From Amoebidium appalachense (taxonomy: Eukaryota > Protista > Ichthyosporea): a DNA stretch of 64,000 bases. Of this stretch, positions 1 through 46,973 are shown one piece after another. The stretch is taken from positions 9,750,907-9,814,906 of the forward strand of contig CAVNZM010000001.1 in NCBI GenBank assembly GCA_963693365.1, read 5' to 3'. The notes under the pieces were generated by a model. The model did not search any database. It was not told the DNA's origin and was given only the letters and a program-made list of their open reading frames with translations. The translations under genes and the position numbers were made by a program. The first letter of the stretch is position 1. Each line of letters opens with the position of its first letter.

Positions 1-166
1 GGGGGGGAGATGGGGAGAGCAGATCGGAGAAGAAGGGGGGGAGGCGGGGGGGGAGCTAAGCATAAAGCAAATCCTACGCCCTCTAAGCGCCTCGTCCCTC
101 CAAATAAAATTAAACCTTCCCCCTCTCCACCCCCCCCCCCCCCCCCCGCCAACACACAAACACACA

Positions 167-215
<49 letters not shown>

Positions 216-216
216 C

Positions 217-255
<39 letters not shown>

Positions 256-343
256 AAAAACCAAAAAAAAAACCACCAACACAAACACCAGCCAGACATC
301 CCTCCCATTCCCTCCTCCATCACTTCTCATCTTTTCGATCACA

Positions 344-376
<33 letters not shown>

Positions 377-383
377 CACTCAC

Positions 384-3816
<3,433 letters not shown>

Positions 3817-4405
3817 TCCTGTACTAAAGGTATGCCTGTAAAAGGCAGCTGCCGTGTAAGACAACTATTTACTATACAATACGTATACGTCTACTTATTG
3901 CTTTCGTAAGGACCGTACATATTTCTAGAAGCCGACTCATGGCATGGATGTGTGTGTATTCACACTAGCACACATGTACACGTGCATGTTTCAGATGGAG
4001 CCAGTGGTATCCTAAAACTGCGCAAACGCAAGGCGCAAGCATTTTTGATTTCCACAATTCACATTTTGTTTCTTTTTTATGATTATTCTTAATTTGTATT
4101 ATTGTTTTATTTTGCAATTTGAGTACAAATTCGAACTTATGTCACAGAATCCCGCACCGAGTGTTTGCGCGATCGTGTCGCGTCGACGCTCGAAAAACAT
4201 GAAGCGCTGTGGCAGAGGGTCTTAGGCGTTTGCACGTGTCTTTCGCGAAAAACATCGCAATTGCCGGTTTCACAGATCATAACGAAAAAGAAATTATTGG
4301 GGTGCCACGATAGGTTCTCTCGCCCCTCTCACTCTCTGGGCCCAATTCTTAGTTTCTTACCGCTTCACACACTGCACCTGCTCAGAATATCAAATTCAAT
4401 CGAAG
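3817..4405. promoter_or_regulatory. Putative bidirectional promoter between the divergent CEBPZ and ParB-like genes
   Basis: 589 bp free of long microsatellites between head-to-head ATGs at 3816 (-) and 4406 (+), with a CpG-rich core (cgcgatcgtgtcgcgtcgacgc). Confidence 0.6.
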
Positions 4406-5359
4406 ATGTCCAAAAACAAGGCTAAAGAATCTTTCCAGAAAGTTGACCCTAGTGAGGTTCGGTTCACACATTCAAAGATCCGTCCTACGTTTTCCTGTGG
4501 ACGCCCCATCTTGCAAACGCTAGAAGAGATTGAAACTGGAAAGGTTAAACCCGAAAACCTTCCCAAAATTACGGTTATTGTGCAGGATGGGGTGATGTTT
4601 AGCATGAACAACAGGAGACTTTATTTATTCAAGCAGTGCAAGGAGCTGAATTTACTGAAAGACGGGAAGGTGGAGGTAAGGATACGACCTTTCAGTGAAG
4701 TAGCAAAGGGGAAGGGTGCAGCTGAGAAGTTTACACCGGAAAGGTAAGCAAACGTAAGAATTGTGCAGGTGTGTGGGTGATCGGGCATGGAAAAGAGAAG
4801 GAACAGTTACCGGGATAAGGGGGCACCTCGGTAGAGCGATGTGTGTGTTTTGGGACAGAAACGGAGGAGGAAAAGGGAGGGGAGGGGGGGGGAGGGAGCG
4901 GCAAGGGGGCCTGGGAGAGCGCGAGAAGAGCGGTGTGGTGTGGGGGCTGCAATTGTAAGGGTCTAACCTTGAGAGTTCTGGTTCAGGTTCTTGTCTCGAA
5001 CTTCAGGTTCTTGTCTCGAACTTGGAAGGATGCATGGGTGGATTGACTTTCGTGGGAGAGAGTGGGGGTGAGGGGAGAGGGGGGAAGGGGGGGGGGGGGG
5101 GGGAGGGGGGGAGGGGGGGGGGGGGTTTGAAGGAAGCCACGTTGTTGTTTGTGGGAGAGAAGGGTTGGGGTTTTTTTGCATATTGTGTGTTTCTTGCTCT
5201 TTGGGGTGGGGATCCCCCTTTATAGGTATCAAACTGCTGCTGATGTTTTGGAGGTGAGCTAGCACGCTTTACGTTGGGAGGGGCCGGCAGGGGGAGGGGG
5301 GGAGGGGGGGGGGGGGGGGGAGTACCTGGCATGGGGAGGGGAGAGGGGGTGGGGGGAGT

Positions 5360-5392
<33 letters not shown>

Positions 5393-5712
5393 CTGCTGGA
5401 AGACACGGAGGGGAGAGGGGGTGGGGGAGTGGGGGGGGGGGGGGGGGGGGGGGGGGCTGCTGGAAGACACGGGCACAGGAGCTTTTTGATTCGAAGGTTC
5501 CCAAAGCACCATTTCCTCTGCTTTTCCCGAAGCCTTACTTGTGTTGCATGCCCATGTTGCATGGTGTAAACATACTTTGCTACATATGCTTCATTTTAAA
5601 TACTGATGCTTTGTTTGTCAACGAAAGGGTTTCATGGGGTTGTTAAAAGTATTTGGTGGTGGTGGTGGTGATGTGTGTGTGTATGTGGGGGGAAAGAAGG
5701 GTGGGGGTGGGT

Positions 5713-5749
<37 letters not shown>

Positions 5750-6268
5750 TTGGTGCATGTAATATCTAAGGTTGTCTGTGTTTTTTTGGGAGGGAAGGTG
5801 GTGGTGGGGGGTGCGGGGGGGGGGGGGGGGGGGGGGGGGGATAACGGGATAGTGCCAAGGGGACTTTTTTTTTGTTGGAATTCCGAAATTAAAATGCTTC
5901 ATGTGTGTTGTTTTGGGGATTTGAGGTTCATAGCCCAAATCGACTATGTTTATATATAGTCCTACATGTGAGAGCGGTGAAGGTGTGTGAGTGAGTGTGT
6001 GTTGGGAGGGTGTGTGTGCATGTGTGTGTGTGTTTTTTTTTTTTTTGGGGGGGGGGGGGCTGTACTTTCAAAGGGGTCCCTGGCCGTTTGCCCTGCGGGG
6101 GGGAGGGGGGGGGGGGGGGAGGATGCTCCATTTTCAAAGTGGTTCCAGTTGAGTTCACCTCCCCCCCCCCCACCTCCCCCCTCTTCACACCCTTTATCAT
6201 AACATTATAAATTTGACAATAGTCCTTGGAGGCTCAACAGGTTTTTCCTTCTGCACCACCTCACCGTG

Positions 6269-6346
<78 letters not shown>

Positions 6347-6474
6347 ACTCGCTGACAGCCAAATTCATGAGCGAAAGGAAACCCAAAGAACAAAATGAAC
6401 AGGGAGGCGCCGATGCCCCACCAGGTGAAGGCACCAAGCAAAACGAGAAGGAAGACGATTCCGGTGAAGACTAG
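4406..6474 (+). CDS. Small ParB/sulfiredoxin-like domain protein, 2 exons
   Basis: Exons 4406-4743 and 6345-6474 (AG|gtaag...acacag|G, phase 2), TAG stop. Motifs VRFTHSKIRPTF, LPKITV and FSMNNRRLYLFK resemble the ParB/Srx-fold xNRR motif; acidic tail. Confidence 0.7.
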
Positions 6475-6966
6475 AATGTTGTGCAAGGAAGGGAGGGGCT
6501 AGAATGGGGTGCCGGGGGGTTTGTGTGGGGGGGTCTTGGTTATGAGCAATCCCCGTGGATTGGATTCTTGAACAGAGCTTTTATTGGCAGGCTGGCATTT
6601 TCGCACCAGCAGGAATCTCGGGGGGGGGGGGGGGGGGGGATAACACATGATCATATATGCTGTGGGGGAAAAAAAATGTGATAGGGGATGGGGAGGAGTT
6701 TTTATGGAGCGCTTAGCATATGATAAATGATGGTGAATTTGGAATGAATGATGATCAAGAAATTCTGCAATTGTGCAAGCTAGGCCGCAGCCGCTGGCCC
6801 ATGAATATATATGGCGCAGAGGTGATACATTCTTGGTGGTCTTTACGTTAGCGTTCGTAAACGGGGAAAGCCCTTGTGCATTTCTCTCTCTCTCTCTCCT
6901 CGTGCCACCCATTCCCTCTCCTTCTGCCATCTTTTAAGCTCTAGTGTATCAGATTTGTCTCCACCT

Positions 6967-7002
<36 letters not shown>

Positions 7003-7099
7003 CCCCCCCCCCTCCCCCCCCCTCTCTCTCTCTCTCTCCCCCCCCCCTCTTCCCCCCCCCCCCTCTCTCTCTCTCAGAGTCTCTCTCTCGACTCCCCCC

Positions 7100-7135
<36 letters not shown>

Positions 7136-7153
7136 CCCCTCTCTCTCCCTCAG

Positions 7154-7249
<96 letters not shown>

Positions 7250-8911
7250 ACTTCCCCTCCCTACATCTCTCTCTCTCCCTCTCCCCCCCCCCTCCCTCTC
7301 TCCCCCTTTCTCTAACTTACTACCCCCCCCATCCTCCGCAGCCTCCCTCTCGCTCCAGTCTGTTGTCTGTTGAGACTCTTCCACTCTTCCCCTCCCCTCC
7401 CCGCCCCCTTTTCTTCTCTACGAGAGTGTGGGTGTGTGTGAGTGAGCGCACGTGCATCGTGTGTGCGTGTGTGCTTGCACGTGTACGTACGCGTATATAT
7501 ATATACATACACGTGTATGTTTGTACGTGATCAAAAATAGCGGAACAGTTGAATACCATCCTCAACAAATTGCCACAAATTTGGCAGACTCAGTGATCCG
7601 TGCACAGGCTGAGGGTACATGCATGCATGTATCTGCTCCCGTTCCCTTCCACAATCCACACGTATATGGCCTCAGTTACGTAAATTTTTCGCGTGATACG
7701 AACACTCACAATGATGCGCATGCATTGCGTCACGGTTTCGTAAAAGCACGTGCACGTGACGTGCGCTGAGCCAGCTAGGCTGCCCACTGTGCCCAGGCAG
7801 CCTCTTGGGGAAAAGTTCCCGCGCATTCAAAAGCAGGTCGTATCTGATTGGCGTAACTAAATGCACTTCAACCAATAGGAAAGATTCCGTGGCGTTCCAG
7901 TTAGATCCCGGAAAGGCGAGTGGAATACATTTGCATAGTATCGTTGCTTGGATATTTATTTGCAAAGCTGAAAGTGGCCCATAGCTAGGCCCTCCAATAT
8001 TATCAGTAAGCTCTCAGATGTCCAGGATTATATGCTATAATAGAGCCTTATGCCATTAAAATTGAGCTTGCTGTACATATGCACGCTTCATTTACTTTAG
8101 TAAGGTGTTCGTCACGTATATGCTGTGATCGGAATTAGACAGTTCAACAATTTTGCTTCTAGTTAAGCAATTATTTTTGTGCTTATTTCTTTACAGTAAA
8201 GTTGTAGTACCCTGCGCTGCGGCAGCAGCGGCATTGCGGTACTAGAAGAAAGCGCCTCGAACTTGAAGTTCAGCTCTGAGCCGCGCGGCCCGCGCCAAAC
8301 TTGTTGCGCGAATCTATTGGTTCGTTGAGCATTCTTCAAGTTCCTAGATTGTTTACCGGGTACTTGGGAAACCACAAGCAATATTGTAAGACGATTGGTC
8401 CAAAATGATCCCATTGCTGGAGTTTGAAGTGGTGAATTATGGAAAGGGAATAAAAAAAATGAGTAGAGCAAACAACTTTGAGATAGCTCTTACAGATTTT
8501 TATAAGAGGACTGGCTACATGATTGCTGATACCTTTTAATGTATGTGTAGCTGTAGCCATACTGTATTGCAAACAATAAACGTGCGCACGCCTTGGGACG
8601 CAAGGCACAGCCTCACAGGTCTTGTGACCCTTCTTGAGTGGCTGTAAGTCACACATATTAATTTCATGACGGCTGGTGAGATCTAGCTTTTTCTTTGACC
8701 ACGAAGCTATAAAACCCTGCCTATGGAACCTTCTAACACTCTTCTTTTGAGTGTGTTGGGAAGCGCGTATGACAGAGTTGCCCAAGCCATAAAAGGCGAC
8801 AATAGACCTGGTTTTGCTTTGCGTTGTTCGCTTTTCACTTTCGTTTGCCTGCTCCATCCCCTCGCTGCCTACCATTGGAAAAAAATTTAAAGTGGGTTAT
8901 AATCTGCAAAG

Positions 8912-9868
8912 ATGTGCTTATATGTAGCCACAGCAAGGCCCCGGCCTGTAATGGGGGCGAGGCCGGCTGTCATCCGCCCCTCCTGTCTTTCCCCAGTTAT
9001 CCGACTGCAGTCTAATATTGACCTACAGACCACAGAAAACCTTTCTGCGCTGCTTTTTGCAGAGGCACGTTTGGCCACCTCCATCATTACCGCATGTTTT
9101 GGTGTTTATGTCATCCCTCAGGATCAGTGCCCATGCAACATTCAGAATCCCCTCCTTAGCGAGATCCGCACTTTCTACCGCATGGCTGCCGAATCACCAG
9201 ACCCGAGCGTTTCTGGAGCAAACTTTCTCTCTTGGGGAATTCTTTTTCACATCACCGTTGCCGGTTTCGTCGAGCCAAACGGGGCAGGTGAAGAGCGCAC
9301 ACTTTCAGATGTGGTGAGATTCTTTAGCGAGCTCCATGCCAAGATGTCGCTTGCCCAGTCTGCCTTTAGCGACAGCACGAACGATGACAGCCAACATGAG
9401 CACCCCGAGGAGGGAACGTGCGACTGTGCACCTGTTTCCCTTTCGCGCGCCGAAGAGCTGACGTTTGCCTACAAGAGCAAGAGCTTGAAGATACTCGTGC
9501 CGCACTGTGAAGTTCTTTCGGTCTTGACGAAAGGTTTGAGAAATATGGAGACGTATGCCAAGTATCCACGAGACAAGGTCAGGGGGGAAGGGGTCATTTT
9601 TCATTTCACGCTGGCAAACGCTGACTCGGAGGCGGAGCTATGTCGTGTTGGTAACATCATTGCCGATCACGTGCGTTTCCCTCTGCTGGCGGGTATGTTA
9701 CGGGGTGAAACTACCTGGAAGGAGCACTTTATGAACATTCGCTGGCAGATGTCGGTTGTGTGCTACGATGCAAAGTCTGAGACACGCAAGAGGAGAAATG
9801 CAACTTTTTCCCGTGTGCCTGGCATGACATACACACTGGCAAGAAGAAAGGACGGCTGTTCTCTTTAA
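8912..9868 (+). CDS. Intronless hypothetical protein (318 aa; alternative ATG at 8951)
   Basis: 957-nt ATG-TAA ORF of normal complexity in a microsatellite-poor island; CPC and CDC motifs; no family recognised. Confidence 0.6.
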   Translation: MCLYVATARPRPVMGARPAVIRPSCLSPVIRLQSNIDLQTTENLSALLFAEARLATSIITACFGVYVIPQDQCPCNIQNPLLSEIRTFYRMAAESPDPSVSGANFLSWGILFHITVAGFVEPNGAGEERTLSDVVRFFSELHAKMSLAQSAFSDSTNDDSQHEHPEEGTCDCAPVSLSRAEELTFAYKSKSLKILVPHCEVLSVLTKGLRNMETYAKYPRDKVRGEGVIFHFTLANADSEAELCRVGNIIADHVRFPLLAGMLRGETTWKEHFMNIRWQMSVVCYDAKSETRKRRNATFSRVPGMTYTLARRKDGCSL

Positions 9869-11553
9869 AGCTATGACTTCTTGTAGGAATAATATTTCGA
9901 ATTTGACTTTATATTAACTTTAGTCGCGATTGTATTGTAGTGAAGCTGCTTGTTTTTGCAAAGCAAGGCTACTGTTTGTACATATCATATGCTTAATAGT
10001 TACGCGGCTGACATACTTAAACTAAAATAGGAAGGAAACACGAGGCCGGGGGAGAAGGAGGGGGGAGGGGGGGGGGATGGTTATTGGGAACTGTTTTTCT
10101 GCAGCATTTCGAATGTGGGAAAGTACCGATGGGCCTCTTGGCTGTTGACTCTAGATCTTTCCAAAAGTTTAGTTGTTGAAGAACCACACCGAATCTTTTA
10201 GTGATTTGCACCAGGATGTTTGAATAACGAATTGAATTTCACTGGTTTGAAAACAGGCTGTTTTAGTGAATGGAGAATGAGAATTCCATTTATCGATGTA
10301 GATGCTTCGCCTTTCCACTTTTCGAATTCCAGCCTGCGGCTGATTCGTAATCCCAAAAATATATGTCATATCGCGTAACAGGGCTCCTTGTCTTCTGGCA
10401 GAGGCCACTCTGCAAACTTAGAGACGCGAGCTTCGCTTACTAACAGAGCCGATGCAGAACTTGCTGGTTGTGTGGAGTTTTTGTGACTGTATCTTTATGA
10501 CAGATGGATCGTAATTAGCAGAATTTCAAAAATGTTTCGAAAAGACTGTCCACGGTGGTGGTGATAGCACATGGTATACAAGCACCCCACCCACTTGCAA
10601 GGCTTAGACAGTGCACCGGGTGTTTTTCTCTGTACATGTGTTTGCACAAGTTGCAACCCTCTTGAAATTATTTAAGCAGATACATTTAGGGTGACCTTGT
10701 AAATAGGGGTCCGGAATCAATGACGTCACTAATTGAGAAGGAGGGCAAGCACCGATTGGGGGCCGCGAGAGAATTGGCGCCAACTTTGGCTGCAAAGGCA
10801 TCATTGTATGCATGACCCTTAGCTTGTTGCCAAACGAGTTGGAGTAGTCCCCAGTGCATTTCGGATGCAGTTTAATTGGGGCAGTCACCCAAACAAACTG
10901 GCCATTAGGCCTATAAAATTGCTAACCACAGTTTGGGTGTTTGATTGTGGGAGCTGTGACAAGCTAAAGGGGATATTTATGAGTAGAGATCTAGATGTTC
11001 ATTAACCGTTAATATTGTGCCTTAGTTCATGATCAGGCTATTATAGATATTACATATCACCATTGTGTGGTGTGACTAAGTGAACAGAACACGTGCTTAA
11101 TCAACTTTGGCTGAGTGCAAAGCCTGTGCATGCGGTTGATTGCCTTTTTCTTTTTTTTTTTTCTATTTCTTCCCATTCAGATATTGGGCTAATTAACGTG
11201 ACCGGCCGCAGGGGGGCCGGGGGGGGGGGGGGGGGGGGCCATATGGCCATATGGGGGGGGGGGGGGGGGGAGGGGGGGGGGGCAGCAGCACACAACGTAT
11301 GCTTTTAGAAGGAATAGTATAAAATTGAACCCGGTACCGGTGGCGAAAGATACAACCCTGAATGTGTTGACGTGTTTCTGCTTCGCTCCACTTGCTATGT
11401 GTCTGTGGCAGGGTGCACGTGATTCTATGTGTTTTTTGTGCACGGCTTTTCGCGTTACAGTTCACACCCGAAGTCGAAAAAGCACTTGCAGACTTCGTGC
11501 CTTATGTGAGGTCACTTAGTCTTACCCCCCCCCCCCTCTTCCTTTCTCTCTCT

Positions 11554-11614
<61 letters not shown>

Positions 11615-12489
11615 ATCTCTCTCTTCCCTCTCTTGAGTCCTTCTCACCTTGCCACCATCATTCTGCACACACGTGCTTCCATCCAGCACTCACGCTTTCG
11701 AATCATTCTGCATTTCTATCAGTGTTTTGGCACAAACTTTCCAGAAAATGGTAAATCTCATACAGCCAATTGTAACAGGACGGTCTATGGGGAAGGAGAT
11801 TGGGATCGGCAGGTAAATGAGCAGGTAGGCACGGAAATGGAGTTAGGGAGAAGGGGTTTGGCCAGGGGCGGTGGGGGGAGGGGGGAGGGCGGGGGGGGGG
11901 GGGGGGGGGGGGGGGAGGGGGAGGCCGGGGGGGGGGGGGGGGGGACTACCTGCACGGTGTGGAGCCAGCATGGAATTACCATTTATGGCAAGTGCCATAT
12001 CATATCCCGCCAGTGTGAACACAGTGTTGCCTGACATAGAGATCTCTCACAGACACAAACAGACTGCAGAGTGCAGGCACGTGCACTTTTAGAAAGGCAC
12101 GAGTGGAATGTTGGAAGGCTGGGGATGCTGACATTCTTGGTTTACTCGGAATGTACATGTAATAAGCAGTGATATTAAATCTTTTGATCTTTAAAACTCG
12201 TTTGAAAATATTAATATACTATATCAAATTTGAATACCCAATGCCTTTGTCCGAAGCCATTTTGTTCTTTTATCATTTTGGGCGCTAGCAACCCCACAGA
12301 GGAAGGCAAAAAGTACGGGCGCAGGCCTGACGGCGCGTCACAGCCAGCTACCACCACTCTCTACGCGAACCTTCTTCCTCTACGCGAACGTGGACTCCGG
12401 TGTAGTGTGTGTTTCTCAGAACAACCACGTCTACCAAACAGACAGGAAAACCCCACACTTATTTCTGACTTGGCAAACTTCTATTGAAG

Positions 12490-21765
<9,276 letters not shown>

Positions 21766-22349
21766 TATGGGTCCTTTCTTTTCCTTTTTTTTTTTTTTTT
21801 TTATGGACATAAAACTTGGGTTGGTTTCCGCTTTACGGCTACACGTCAAATCCGACTTTTTTTTTTTTTTGAGTACAAATTGAACAAGAAACACATGCTT
21901 ATCCTAATGGACAATGTTCGTGCTGAGAAACATACAAAAAAAAAAAAAAAAAAAAAAAAAGAGAGAAAAGAAAAGAGAGAGAAAAAAGAAAATATTCATT
22001 GCATTGGATGTTTTGTTGACTGGTTGATTTTCTGTCACGGCTATCCCCCCCCCCGTTAATTTTAGCTGATATCGATAATAAAATGTTTGATGTGCATTCA
22101 AGAATGCAATGGCATATATACACGTACATGGTTGCAATGGCATATATACACGTACATGGTTAAACGTTGTGTACGGAAATGTATGGGGTGGGACTCATTA
22201 AAGTTAATAAACACCACTGACAATCCACTGGCGACGATAAATTCTCTTTTAACCCACTCGAAACCGGGTCGGTTCACGGAATGCGAGAAGGAGAAAACGG
22301 GATTTGATCACGGGAGTATCCTCCACGTGCACATTCGACAAATTGCCTA

Positions 22350-22555
22350 CAGATACCGTCCACCATTAAGAATACCCGCCAATAAGAATACGCTAGCGAG
22401 TCCGTTTTTTTTTTAAGAATATGCACCGTGGCCAGATTGTAGGATATTCTTAATGGCGGACTGACATATAAACTTTGCTGGATCATGCATTATCATGCCC
22501 CTGCCCCCCCTCCCCCCTCAACACACAAACCCCAATCCACCCCCTCCCCATGTCT

Positions 22556-22599
<44 letters not shown>

Positions 22600-22700
22600 G
22601 GATCCCGTGCCATTTAAGAATATGATAGCGGCCATGAAAAAACTCTAACATGCACCGCGACCACGTTTTGGTGGGGGTTCTTAATGGCGGACGGCATCTG
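22350..22700. mobile_element. MITE-like element with terminal inverted repeats and TA flanks (Tc1/mariner-type)
   Basis: TA|CAGATACCGTCCACCATTAAGAA ... TTCTTAATGGCGGACGGCATCTG|TA: a 23-bp TIR with 2 mismatches, internal repeats of TAAGAATA, and no transposase. Confidence 0.7.
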
Positions 22701-23589
22701 TAATATGCATATGGTGTGCGGGGCGAATACAAGCACTAATGATTATACTATCGGACTTGCTGCGCTTTTGGGCGCCACTGATATGGCGTGATGAGGCTCT
22801 GTCACGGCCATCGATCTAGAGACTCTAGATGGCCGTGGGCTCTGTTTTGCTCAGGGCATCAATTGAAGGGGTTTCAAATTTTCTCCGAGCCTGTGCATGC
22901 TCCAATTTTGCAAGTTGGGATGGTTTTTTGCATGCTGCTGGAAGCTGATCATGACCAGAGCGCTGCAGAAATTTCGTTACTATTCTTTCGGAGGCACCAA
23001 CACTAGATTAATAAGAGAAAAATTCATGTTCTAATAGATTAGCACGTACATAAGTGCACTGTGCACATGTACAGCATGCACAAAAGCACGATGGCAATGC
23101 AATTCAGAGTTTCCCGCCAAAAGAGCAGAATCCGATTTTGATTGGATGCATCTATCTGCTAGGATACCCCAATCATATTCAGCCACAATTAGCCAATACG
23201 ATCGCTGCGATAAGCCAAAAGCCAACTATATAAGCAAGTTCAGCACTGCATGTTCAAGTACTTCGTCCAAGCTCAACTTGACCAAGATATTGGGACAAAT
23301 CATGCCCTTAAACGTGACGTGCACATGAAGGAAAAATTAGTTTTACGTTTGTCAAATAATTAAGTTCACCCCTGCTATTTCGGTCGTAATTTTTTTCCCC
23401 AAAGGTTAAATTAGGAAGCACAGGAAATTAGCTGGTGGGGAGGTTGCACATATAGCAGTGCCTGATCCACCGTATACGGTACGATCACACTAATAGCAAG
23501 GGTTTAGATGTTTTTAGATGTAAGCGAACGGCTTAGACACTGCAGCTATAGGAGCTAGAGGTGAGCGGCGAAGAGAGAAAAGGCGGAAA

Positions 23590-43711
<20,122 letters not shown>

Positions 43712-43728
43712 AGACTAAAAAACCGGTT

Positions 43729-43866
43729 CCAAAAATCCCGGAATCTCAAGGTCTGCGGTGATCAAAGGCTGGAAATTGGAACCAAAAATCCCGAAATCTC
43801 AAGGTCTGTGGCTACAAAATGGGGAAGAACGGTACCCAAAAACCCGGGATTCCAAGGATCTGCGGT
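43729..43866 (+). repeat. Three-copy ~54-bp minisatellite immediately after the COG2 stop
   Basis: CCAAAAATCCCGGAATCTCAAGGTCTGCGG-like core at about 43729, 43782 and 43836. Confidence 0.75.
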
Positions 43867-44019
43867 GGGGTTTTTGAGCGAAGGAGAGCACATGAGGCAC
43901 CGACTTGTCAACTGCAACGTCATAGCGTGAGGATGTTTTGAAGTGGGTACCGGGTAGATAGGTGGGAAACGAAGGAAGGGGCTTTCTAGGTACAGGGCGG
44001 GTGCCGGCAGCAACGGGAA

Positions 44020-44082
<63 letters not shown>

Positions 44083-44692
44083 GGGGGGCGGAAAGGGGGG
44101 GGTCGGTTTTAAAAAAGTGTATTGGAATCAATATCATAGTCAATGGCGGCCTGGGTAAAAAAGGGTGTACAGGGGGGGGGGTGGGAGGGGGGGGGGGGGT
44201 CAAAAAGGATTGGAAATTTTCAAAGATCTGGATGTAGACGGATCTATTTCGTAGGGGCGATGGCACACTGCGGAGACGTGTGATGATTAGGGAATCAAAT
44301 GTGATTGGTTGTTATACTTGCGCTAATTTGGCAAATGAATGTGACTGTGTGTGTGTACATGTGCGTGAGCTGTCAGTGAGATGCCACAGAAAACAACTTG
44401 AAGACACAATCAGATATTTTGCTTATGATTACCCAGTTTGAGAGTCACCTGTTTAATATTCACATTTTAAGCCTTACACCGTTCGTGTATTGGATTATAA
44501 AAAAACATCAGTAGATTAATATTGGTAACCAAGCAAGTTGAAGCGTTTATTGAAACACAGGACCTGGTAACAAAAGGAATTCAGGTCCGGAGGTTGGAGG
44601 GAGGAACTCTGAGGTCCGGAGTCCTCCCCAGACTCCGAACAGGGCGCTGTGTGATCATGAAAAAACTTTTTACCGGTGTGAGCACGTGTGTG

Positions 44693-44761
<69 letters not shown>

Positions 44762-44779
44762 GTGTTATATAGTACCGGG

Positions 44780-44818
<39 letters not shown>

Positions 44819-44905
44819 GCGCCGCATTAAGTTAATCGATGAAAACCCCCGATCCCTGCCTTCACGGTGCCCCTTCTCCCCCCCCTCCCCCCCCCCCCCC
44901 CCCCC

Positions 44906-44951
<46 letters not shown>

Positions 44952-44959
44952 ACGCACGC

Positions 44960-45030
<71 letters not shown>

Positions 45031-46973
45031 GTCACACACACACACATGCGCGCCAAAAAAAAAAGAAATAAACAAATGAATAAACAAATAAATGAAGTTC
45101 CTGGGCCCTACCAGACCGTCGGTTGCATTGCTCGTTTGACCATATGAACGCACCACCACGGTGCCCGACTGCCCGGAGGTCCGCTGACTTCAATTCGACT
45201 CGCTCCTCAGACATCAGATGATACCAAGAGGCCTTGGGAAAAACACGAAGTTCTAGAAGAAAGAAAGAAGAAAAGGAAAAGGACAGAAGAAAGAGAAGGA
45301 GAGAAGGAGTTCCTTTGCCAAATTTGCATTTTGTAAGACTTGAATCTATGTTTGAACCATGACTAAAAACGCCCACATTTCATCACTCATTTTGAGTGCC
45401 ATCCCGATACGTATCGAATATTCACGGGATTATTACGAAATTCCGAACTTCTGGGGCCATGGCCAGGGAAACCCGCAGAAAAAGGTGATAGGCAGTTCTT
45501 GATATACCCATTATGAATCTCACTTCCTTCAAGTTTATTAAGTCTAAGTCGTCAGATACTTGAAGTTAATAATAAGTACAGTTGTATTGAGAGAAAAAAT
45601 AAAAGGGAGTTATATATTTGTTATGTTGGGGAAAATGCTAGTTACGCACTCAGTTTCGGAACATTTACAATAGACAGATAAAAGTTTGAGAAACGCAATG
45701 CTCTTTTAGAGGCTGACTTGCTTGCTGTGCCTCGGTAGGTTTTGAGGGGGGCCTGTTGGGAAGCAGCAGTAATGATGTCTTCTTGCGGAGTGTGGTCTGG
45801 TCAACATCGATGCATATGACTAGTTGGAGCAAACTAGTTTCACGCATACATGTACACTTAAGGTTTTGCCCGCTGGTGTCCTTTGTCACTTGTCGCTTTA
45901 TTTTTATTTCGTAGCTTTGGCTTTTTCAGTTCTATTGGTGGTTATGTAGCCTGTGGCTGCACGTTGCCTTCATCAACGGATCAATAAAACCGAGTCAAAA
46001 GAAAGAAAAATAGATAAGTTCGGCGGTTCGCGGTAAAGGATTGCGTTTTGATTGGGTAGCGCTGCACCCTCCTTGAATCCTCCTACACCGCCCTGGATGG
46101 GGCGTTTAGCATGTGTGTGGAGACTTTCTGAGAATTTAAAATCATTCCAGAACCCCTGCGAAGCCAATATTCAATATAACTATGGATTACGGCCATTGAA
46201 TTAATTCTCTTATTATGTTTTTGTTATGGTTTTTGTTTCATACATAGGTAGAATAGTACCTGAGACAGGAACAAGCTGTGAATGTCTGAAATAGGTAATA
46301 CACCCCACAAATAGGAGCGAGTTGTTCGGGACTCCCTCCGCGCGGCCGATGATTTTCAGTGCAGTGGTGTACATAGTTAGGGACCATAATGCAGTACGAC
46401 TTCATTTATCTCTTAGGCTCACTTGAAAAACTTAATTCGCGCACATATTGCAAAGAAGTTAAGAGCTTTTCTTTTTGTTGAGACAGGGCCACAGCTGCCG
46501 CAGGGGTGAAGAGATCTGCCACGCGTGCGCATCATATGGACGGCCCGGGCTCAAAAGTCATGGAGGGGCGTTAGCTCTGACACCCCCTCCGAGGCCTCCG
46601 CGCGAAAAAAAACCGAGGCCCTGATGACGTCATGTCCGCGATTACACTTTCCCGGCAGATTGATTGGGCGCTCTAATAGCTTTTTATGATTATTCTCTTA
46701 TTTTGGGCCTGTTGATTGGACTAGATCGGTTCGATCTATTGAACCGGGTTGCATTTGAATCCGTTCCGCGATTCTGCGATTCTGTGCCCTGTGGGCTTAA
46801 CGTCTTTAATGTCGGCACGCGATTGGTGCATAGATGCTCCGGTTCGCGGGAGATTCAAAATGGTGATCGTATTATTGTTTGAAGTGCACGTGTAAGATTG
46901 AGCCGGTACATGATTGGAGAACGGGGTTTTCCAGTTTTGGTTTTGGAATGTGTCCATGTAATGCGAGAACTTT

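Noticed and set aside
8336-8875. 179-aa minus-strand ORF
   Set aside because: No recognisable motif or other support; probably a chance ORF in the island.
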